Below, in pieces: positions 43,555 to 64,000 of a stretch of DNA of 64,000 bases (positions within the stretch are counted from its first letter, which is position 1; the number at the start of each line of letters is the position of its first letter). The stretch is from Blastocystis sp. Blastoise. Taxonomy: Eukaryota > Protista > Bigyra: Opalinata. The DNA is taken from NCBI GenBank assembly GCA_039096225.1, contig JBBPEB010000009.1, positions 1,178,001 to 1,242,000 on the forward strand, read 5' to 3'. A program made the position numbers and the translations under genes. The notes under the pieces were generated by a model that was not told the DNA's origin, did not search any database, and saw nothing but the letters and a program-made list of their open reading frames with translations.

Positions 43555-43709
43555 CTTATACGAGTCGCATTTTAAACATAGAGTATTATGAAAAAGGAGA
43601 AAAAATCGCAAGGTTCTCTTTTTTTATGGACTCTAGAATGGAAATATTATAGGTATGTATAAAAGTTCTTCTTTTACAAATTCTTTTTTTTTGTTGATAT
43701 CACATCAAG

Positions 43710-44517
43710 ATGCTTGCTAAGAGTATGACTTCTGTTGCTAAGCTCAACTTCGTCAGAGCTAGCAGTACTGCTAAGGTTTGGGTTGATAAAAATACCAAGG
43801 TCATCTGCCAAGGTTTAACTGGTAAAACTGGTACTTTCCATGCTAAACAATGTATGGAATATGGTACTAAGTTTGTAGGAGGAATCAACCCTAAAAAGGC
43901 TGGTACTACTCATATTGGTCTTCCCATCTTCGGTTCTATTAAGGAAGCATGTTCTCTTTAATGTTTCTTTTTATTCTATTTGCTTATTATGATTATTTTA
44001 AACAAATCATTTTATTATGTTTTTTTTTTTTAAATATTTATACTTATGTTTAAGCTAAACAAGAAACTGATTGTGATTGCAATCTTCTTTTTGTCCCTCC
44101 TCCAAATGCCGCTCAAGCTATCTTAGATTCTATTGCTGCTGAAATTCCTTTAGTCGTTTGTATTACTGAAGGTATTCCTCAACAAGATATGGTTCGTGTA
44201 TGCTTTTATTATTATTATTATTGTTTTTATTGTTTATATTATTTATATTATTTTTTAAATATTTTTTTATTGTTTATATTATTTTCTTATTTTTTTAAAT
44301 ATTTTTTTATTTTTTTTTAAATATTTTTTTATCTATATAATATACAATATATGTTAAGAGAGCTCTTAGAGATCAAAATAAGACTAGACTTATTGGACCT
44401 AACTGTCCTGGTATTATTAAACCTGGTGAATGTAAGATTGGTATTATGCCTGGTTATATTCATAAGGCCGGTAAAATCGGTATGTTTTATTATTATAATC
44501 ATTATATTTATTATAAT

Positions 44518-44562
<45 letters not shown>

Positions 44563-45278
44563 TTAAATATCAATAATAATTTTCTTAATAATCTACACTA
44601 TTTCTTATAAATAAATATATAAAAATCGGTATTGTATCTCGTTCTGGTACCCTTACTTATGAAGCTGTTTACCAAACTACTCAATATGGTTTAGGTCAAT
44701 CTACTGTCGTTGGTATTGGTGGTGATCCTTTCAATGGTACTAACTTCATTGATTGTATTGAACGTTTTACTAATGATCCTCAAACTGAAGGTATTGTTAT
44801 GATTGGTGAAATCGGTGGTACTGCTGAAGAAGATGCTTCTGAATGGTTAATGAAATATGGTGATCCTAATAAACCTGTTGTCGGTTTCATTGCTGGACGT
44901 ACTGCTCCTCCAGGCAGAAGAATGGGTATTTATTTATTGATTATTATTTATTTATTTATTATTTTATTTGTATATCTTTTTATATATATATATATATTTT
45001 TGCTTACATAGAATAATCATATATTAATAATAATATATATATGAATGGGTCATGCTGGTGCTATTATTTCTAACGGTAAGGGTACTGCTGAAGCTAAGAT
45101 GGCTGCTATGAATGTATGTTTTTATCTATTTAATTAAAAAAAAAAATTTAATGTATTCTATAAATCTATATTAATATTATATGTATCTATATATGCTGCT
45201 CATATTACTGTTTCTGATTCTCCTGCTCAAATCGGTCTTAAGATGTTCGAAGCTATGAAGAGAGCTGGTAAAATCTAA
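43710..45278 (+). CDS. SUCLG1: Succinyl-CoA synthetase alpha subunit (317 aa), five non-canonical introns
   Basis: Exons 43710-43946, 44054-44197, 44353-44479, 44629-44925, 45049-45113 and 45195-45278 total 954 nt. Motifs [43 protein letters not shown]|HAGA (phospho-His). Short mitochondrial-type presequence. Confidence 0.95.
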
Positions 45279-45579
45279 ACCAATTTGATTTCTTTGCACC
45301 TTTTAACATTCTAATTGTTTTATATATGTGTAGTTCCTAGTAAAATTTATGAGCATGGAATAACATTAAATATCTTATCCAATTGATTTTCTACAAATAA
45401 TATAATTGTTTGGTTTGAGTATATTCTTTATTATATTCTTTTGAAAATCAGTTTCTTTTCATTTTTCTTGTTGTGTTTGTCTGATATTTATATTTTATTA
45501 AACAACACCCAAAATTTAAAAATATATAAATGACTTGAAAAAATGGATTCATTAGTATATAGTATGTGATGTATTAAAA

Positions 45580-48694
<3,115 letters not shown>

Positions 48695-48953
48695 GATTTG
48701 TATATTATATCAATTAAAAACTCAATAGACTTTACAAGAATGGTATATATTTCTTTAAATGAAAAATTATAAATAACCTCGAAAATCAAATAAAGTCCCA
48801 GTTAATTTTGATTTTTTAAAATAAGGAGAACACTTTTTCTTTAGAAATAATCTTTTTGATTATTTTCCATTGTTCGCGTATAAACTGATTCATTTCTTTG
48901 AAAAACTAGTTTCATTTCTTTTTTCACATATATTTCCTTTATTATTTTATAAG

Positions 48954-49823
48954 ATGCCTTATGGTCAAGTTATTATAGGTCCACCTGGAAGTGGAAAGAC
49001 AACATACTGTAATTCACTGAAATTATTTCTAGATGCAATTGAAAGACCTTCAGTAATTGTCAACTTAGATCCTGCAAATGAAAACAAACCATATGAAGCA
49101 GGAGTGGATATTGAAGAATTAATCACATTAGAAGATGTTATGGATGAATTTGAACTTGGTCCTAATGGAGGATTAGTTTATTGTATGGAGTATCTTCAAA
49201 AGAATGTAGATTGGTTACTTGAGAAACTCCGAGAACATGAAAATGAATATTTTATATTTGATTGTCCTGGACAAGTAGAACTCTATAGTCATAGTGATTG
49301 TGTTCGAAACATATTTCAAACTCTTGAAAAAGAAGGATTTAAATGTGTTTGCTTATATTTATTGGATTCCTATTATATCAGTTCCCCGTCATTATTTATA
49401 TCTGCGTCATTATTAGCACTATCTACGATGGTATATATATATATATGTTATTTATTTATTTATTTATATATTTTTTATATTTATATTTTTTCATTGAATT
49501 ATATAAATTAAATATTATATATGTTTTAGGTTAATTTAGAAATGCCATCTTTAAATATATTGTCAAAAATAGATCTTGTAGAAAAATTAGGAAAACCAGG
49601 TATATATATATATAGTATTTTTAAATTTGTGTATATTAATAATTATATATATATTAGGTTATCTATTTATTAATAATATATATATATATAGTGTTTGATT
49701 TAGAATATTATACATCACTTCATTCATTAAAAGCACTTCTTCCTTTTCTTCAGGGGTATGTATATATATATATATATAATATATATATAATAATATATAT
49801 AATAATAATAAATATTATTAATA

Positions 49824-49854
<31 letters not shown>

Positions 49855-50481
49855 AAATATTATTAATAATATATATATATATATATATAGAGGTTCAATG
49901 GAATCAGCTACACAAGAAGAGCTTGAAGAACAGAGAAACAGGGAAATTGAAACACAAAAATATTTTCCTGATGATGCTGAATTTAATGATGATGACGAGT
50001 TCGATGACGAAGCCTATTATGAACAAAGTCTAACAGAAGAAGAAAAGAACTCATTTTCTTATAAATTCAGAAAATTAAATAGAGCATTATGTGATTTATT
50101 TGATGATTTTGGATTTGTGAGTTATCTTACATTAAATATCAATGAAAGTGAGAGTATAGCTCGAGTAGTAGATCAGGCTGATAAGGCAAATGGATATAGT
50201 TTATTACAATATATATCAAATGATCCTAAGAATATATTAGGAAAAGATGGCAATATAAAGAATCTACTAGCGAAACAAGACACTAATTATGATCAATACA
50301 TAGATGGTATATAGTTATTATTATACATATTATTATATCTAGTATTATATCTATTAGTATACTTATTATTATATCCATTATAATACTTATTATTCTTATA
50401 GATTTAAATATAAAATACTTATCAAATTATAAAAATGAAGAGGAAGAAGAAGAGGAAAATAGTGATAATGGATTTATATAA
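48954..50481 (+). CDS. GPN2: GPN-loop GTPase 2
   Basis: MPYGQVIIGPPGSGKTTYC, VNLDPAN, LGPNGGLVYCMEY, FDCPGQVELY, LSKIDL, DKANGY. Five exons; TAA 50479-50481. Confidence 0.9.
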
Positions 50482-50862
50482 TTATATAAATTGATTGTTG
50501 TAGAATCATTTCATTAAATTTGCTTTGTTTTTATGGTATTGAAATTAGTATTAATTATTTATTTAATGCTAGATTTAAAATAGACGTATCACTTGCATAA
50601 TAAAAACAACGTATATTATATTTAAATAACTAATAAATAATATTATAAGACATTGTAAAACATGAATATCATTTCAATGCAAATAATAATATTTTAATAG
50701 AGAAATCAAAACAAAACAACTATTTTAAAAAAACACAAAATTATGAAATAATACAAATATACATATAATTTTAGTATAATATTCATTACAACAATAAAAC
50801 AATACAAAAAAAAAATAGATTCAAAATAATAAATAAATAAAAATAACAATATATATATATAT

Positions 50863-52239
50863 TTAATGAGGAGGAACAGAAGAAATAGTAGAATTGGAAT
50901 GAGAAAGAATACTATGTTCATTATTTAATATATCTTTTTTATTCTTATTCATATCGATATCAATTATTTCATTTCCTTCTATCTTATGTAATTCTATATT
51001 CTCTTTCTTATCTTTATTATTATTTAACGATATTTTTCCTTCTCTTTCTTTCTCTTTTTTCTTATATTCAGTTTGAATCCATAATGTACCAAATATTTCT
51101 AATATACAGTATACTATTAATAATTTATAACCATAAGCTGGACCTATCCATTCATTTATATAACCAACTAATAAATTTAATAATTCTTTTAGAATTCCTT
51201 GTAAAGATAACATAAGATTTGAAGCTATAGGTGAGTTTTCTTCCCAGAATTTCATATTTATACATATCATTAATGGCCAATAAGGACCAATAGTAAAACC
51301 AGATAATGCTAATATATAAGAACCTGATTCTCCTAATGAAAAACCTATTATATAAATTAACAAATTAACTCCTAAACAACAATAATAAGCTATAAATATA
51401 TTTATTTTATTTCCTAAAAATGCTAATATTAATCGACTTATAGCATATCCAAATGTATATATACTCATAAATGTTGATCCTTGTTCTGTATTTTTCCATC
51501 CATACATTGTTTCTAAATAAATCATAGACCAATCAACAGTCACATACATAATAGCAGACATAAACGAAAATGTTATTGTAAATAACCAAAGATGAGGCTT
51601 CTTTAAAATTTGAGACATTAATAATGGCGGTTTTTCATCATTATTTATTTGTTTTCTTTTAAAATCATATTTTATGATAATTATATAGATATATGCGATA
51701 ATAATAGGAATTGATAAGACAATATAAGCTGCTCGGAATCCATATTCTGAATGAGGGATAATACTGCGTGATATTAATGGAGATAGAAAAGTACCGATGC
51801 CAAATACAAAATGCATCATACTAATCATTAATGTAGAATTCTTTACAAATATAGCATTTGAAAGACCATTGTTACCCATCTGGATATAGCATGTTCCTAA
51901 CCAAATAACTAATAAAGAAGCAATCACAGCAATTTCTGTGTAGGAAAAGAACATAGAGATAATTCCTATAAACCAAACTGACAAGCCAAGCAGAATAGAT
52001 ATCTTATAACTAAATTTTTGAATACACCATGTCACTAGAAACCCATAAGCAACATAACAATAACCAAGGCCAGAAATAATATAAGCAATAATATTATCAG
52101 AGAATTGAAACTCACTCTTCAATGAACTAGTTGCTAAACCTCGAAAATTATCAAAAATACCACTGATGATTTGTACAAAGAAGATTTGTAGGGTTAATAA
52201 TGTATAGGTTTTCTTACTAATTTCGATATCATAGGCCAT
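50863..52239 (-). CDS. Major facilitator superfamily transporter (single exon)
   Basis: 458 aa with about 12 hydrophobic segments in two halves; MHFVFGIGTFLSP and GFTIGPYWP. Confidence 0.85.
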   Translation of the reverse strand: MAYDIEISKKTYTLLTLQIFFVQIISGIFDNFRGLATSSLKSEFQFSDNIIAYIISGLGYCYVAYGFLVTWCIQKFSYKISILLGLSVWFIGIISMFFSYTEIAVIASLLVIWLGTCYIQMGNNGLSNAIFVKNSTLMISMMHFVFGIGTFLSPLISRSIIPHSEYGFRAAYIVLSIPIIIAYIYIIIIKYDFKRKQINNDEKPPLLMSQILKKPHLWLFTITFSFMSAIMYVTVDWSMIYLETMYGWKNTEQGSTFMSIYTFGYAISRLILAFLGNKINIFIAYYCCLGVNLLIYIIGFSLGESGSYILALSGFTIGPYWPLMICINMKFWEENSPIASNLMLSLQGILKELLNLLVGYINEWIGPAYGYKLLIVYCILEIFGTLWIQTEYKKKEKEREGKISLNNNKDKKENIELHKIEGNEIIDIDMNKNKKDILNNEHSILSHSNSTISSVPPH

Positions 52240-53116
52240 ATTTTATAATTAATTTAGAATCGTAAGGGATCATTGAGATTTAAAAAAAAATGTTTTTTTG
52301 GGGAAACCAAAAAATTGTTTTGTTCATATAGATGTAATCTAAGTGCGGTTGAATGAGGTTTTTACATTTTATGGTGATAAGATATATTATTTATTCAAAG
52401 AAGAGAGTATTATTGATTCTACAGTACTTTTTGAAATTTTATATAATTCTCTTCATATTATTTGTCTGATATTTCATTTGAAAATGATTGTGTGATCATT
52501 TGAATATATATGATGTGAATCTTTGTGATATATAGTATTGTGAACAATAAGAATTTCTTTTTTTTTATGAATCACTTAGTTATGTATGATAAATGATAGA
52601 AGAATATTATGATTCCCTCAAATCATGATCTTAGAATATTATCGACATCAAATAATTGATATTTTCTAATTTAATAATAGAGAAAACTAATTATGAGTCT
52701 TATTTTGTTCTAATACAGATGAATAACAAACAAGAATATATAGTAAGCGATGACAGAATAAGAATATAATGCAATACATACTATAATGTATCCATAATGA
52801 TATATAATAAAAGAATGTATTAAAAATAGAACACAAATAAAAAAATATATAATATTTCTTTACTGAATATAAACTAAAAAAAAAACAAATGACTACTATT
52901 GTTATGTCTGTAAGCAATATGAATAAATAAAATATATATGAATAAAATAGAGAAAGATGGAATATATATATGTATTGAAACAAGATAATATAAAATACTA
53001 TATAAATTATAATTGAAAAACTAATATAAAGAATATATATTGTTAGTGTTGAAATAATTTGGATGTTTTCAATATTATTTATTAAATAGATATTTATATA
53101 TATTAACCATCATCAA

Positions 53117-54295
53117 TTAATTTTCAGAAATAGCTATATAAAGTATATATAAAGAAATAATATAAAGTATATATATATATATATACGTTGATATTTAGGA
53201 ACACCTTTTGTACCATTTTCACGCTCTACAAGATACTATATAATATATAATATATAATAATAATAAAAATAATAATATATATAAATATTAAAAAAATAAA
53301 TAAATCGTTTTTAAATATAAAAAGAAAATATTCATTTAAAAAAAATAATTATATATATAAATATACTTTTTCCCAGTTTTCTTTGAGACGAAATGTTTTG
53401 CATTGTTCGTTGACAGTAAATTGAGGCATAGAAAGAAGAAGGTCGTGTAATAAAACTGCATCTAAAGTTAACCTAATATATAAATAATAATAATAATAAT
53501 GATAATGATAATAAGAATAAAAATAACATAATAATCATAATAATAAATATCATAATAAACAAAATAAAAAGTATTCTATTTCTCCTCTAAATAACAATAT
53601 ATATATATACATTTGAATAGCAGGAATAAGTGTTAATACAGTAATAGGAATATAACCTTCAATATCCATATACTGACGTAAAAATAAATTCTTTTCTAAA
53701 TTTTCATCTTGAAAACATAATTCACTATATAAAAGAATAAATATAATAATAAATATAATAAAAATAATAATAAATATAATAATATAATAATAAATATAAT
53801 AATAAATATAATAATAAATATAATAATAAATATAATAATAAATATAATAATAAATATAATATTAACTATATACATCTGTGATTTTACATGTTCTTTAAGG
53901 GATTTTAACGATTGTTCAGTTTCATAAGAAGGAAAACTATAGAAAATAAGTCCTTAACTATTAATAAAGTCTTTTATTTAAAATAATACATACAATACAC
54001 CATTAATAATAACACCACCTTGAACTTTTTTAGGTATAGAATTGTAAACACCTGAAAAAAATAACTTTAAAAACAATTAAAGTAAAGAAAACATACCTTT
54101 AGGAAGGAATCCACGTCTACGATAACGACGTCTATGAATACAATAGATTTGAAGATCAAAAATCATACTCATTTTCAGGTATATCAACTTCGGCAGGAAC
54201 AATAGTATATTTTATAGATTGAGTCTAGATTTTTCGATATATATTAAACAAAATAGTGTTGAAATTACATTTTGAATGTGTTTAGCGGGATCCAT
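53117..54295 (-). CDS. Small La-motif (LARP-like) RNA-binding protein
   Basis: Spliced VKSQI|ELCFQDENLEKNLFLRQYMDIEGYIPI matches the La motif. Nine short exons with consistent phases. ATG 54295, TAA 53117-53119. Absent from the ORF track. Confidence 0.8.
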
Positions 54296-55029
54296 ACTGG
54301 GCGACCTATACATTAAAAATTATAATTACTTGATAACAATAAAAAGATGATTATATCTCATAATAATAAAGAGATACAAGTTTAAGAAATAAATAAAAGC
54401 TAATAATCAAATAATAAGCAACAAATGCAGATTAACAAGCAGAAAACAGAATTAGAAAACAAAAAAAAAGAAACAAAACACCGATTAACTGACTGGTTTT
54501 TATACGAGAAATTCTTCAATAATTGGTTTATTCATAAAAGACCAATAGGTTTATATGAATATCTTTTATTTAATTGGATAACTTGATGATCAATATAAAA
54601 AAATATTTTGGATAAATTCATTATTTCTAAATTCTTTGGGATATATAGAATTAATTAGGACATTTTAAAATCATTTATAAAGAAAAGAGGATAGTGAACC
54701 ATTGATTAAAAATAAAAATGAAAAATGATTTTCGAAATATTGCTGATGTTTAATTGATTGAAACTACTTTTCAAGGAATAGAAGATATCTTTTAAATAAA
54801 AATAAACTGATCGAAAGGTGAACAAAAAACAAAATGACAAAAAAATGACCTTAAAAACAAGATAATAACAAACAAAATATATATTCTTATTTAAATAACA
54901 TATATATATTTCAATTCATATAAATAAGTAACAATTAAATAAAAAAAAAAATAGAAAAGCGAGAAAATACAAAAGGAATAAAAGAGTTTTTTCATTAAAA
55001 TTTATATATAAAATAACATAAAGAGAATT

Positions 55030-63916
<8,887 letters not shown>

Positions 63917-64000
63917 CTATATATTATTATTAAAATTTACACATATTATTATTATATTATTATATTATTATTAATATACTAATTATATATAAATAATATT

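Noticed and set aside
53740-53862. Regular short tandem arrays (12-bp unit here, 9-bp AAGAATAAA unit at ~57530-57580) as CRISPR-like arrays
   Set aside because: There are no spacers; these are simple intronic minisatellites.
53951-53958. Perfect U12 branch sequence TCCTTAAC
   Set aside because: It is on the antisense strand of the La-motif gene's intron, which is an ordinary GT-AG intron.

Overview
Very AT-rich (roughly 20% GC by eye), intron-dense eukaryotic nuclear DNA using the standard code. Gene content and style suggest an anaerobic stramenopile gut protist of the Blastocystis type (inference only). Most entries in the ORF track are exon fragments or microsatellite artefacts, so I rebuilt the spliced genes by hand. 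0-16 kb is a lineage-specific tandem duplication of a two-gene unit: a BTB-like/TLDc gene plus a BTB-like/LRR-like gene. One TLDc copy has an in-frame TGA. Next come a GT-A glycosyltransferase-like gene, a degenerate TPS/TPP, an S9 acylaminoacyl-peptidase, MND1, a ~2300-aa surface protein, PRPP synthetase head-to-head with succinyl-CoA synthetase alpha, UBA2 head-to-head with GPN2, an MFS transporter, a La-motif protein and the 3' part of DNA polymerase epsilon. Three signals stand out. (1) All five introns of SCS-alpha, and one of the neighbouring PRPS, lack the AG acceptor and end in a copy of the upstream exon's last bases; this is either real non-canonical splicing/cDNA conversion or an RNA-read polishing artefact. 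(2) The GC-only palindrome CCGCGG occurs at least 11 times inside exons, in different reading frames, far above expectation. (3) Three AT-AC U12-type introns with drifted consensus lie in APEH, UBA2 and POLE.
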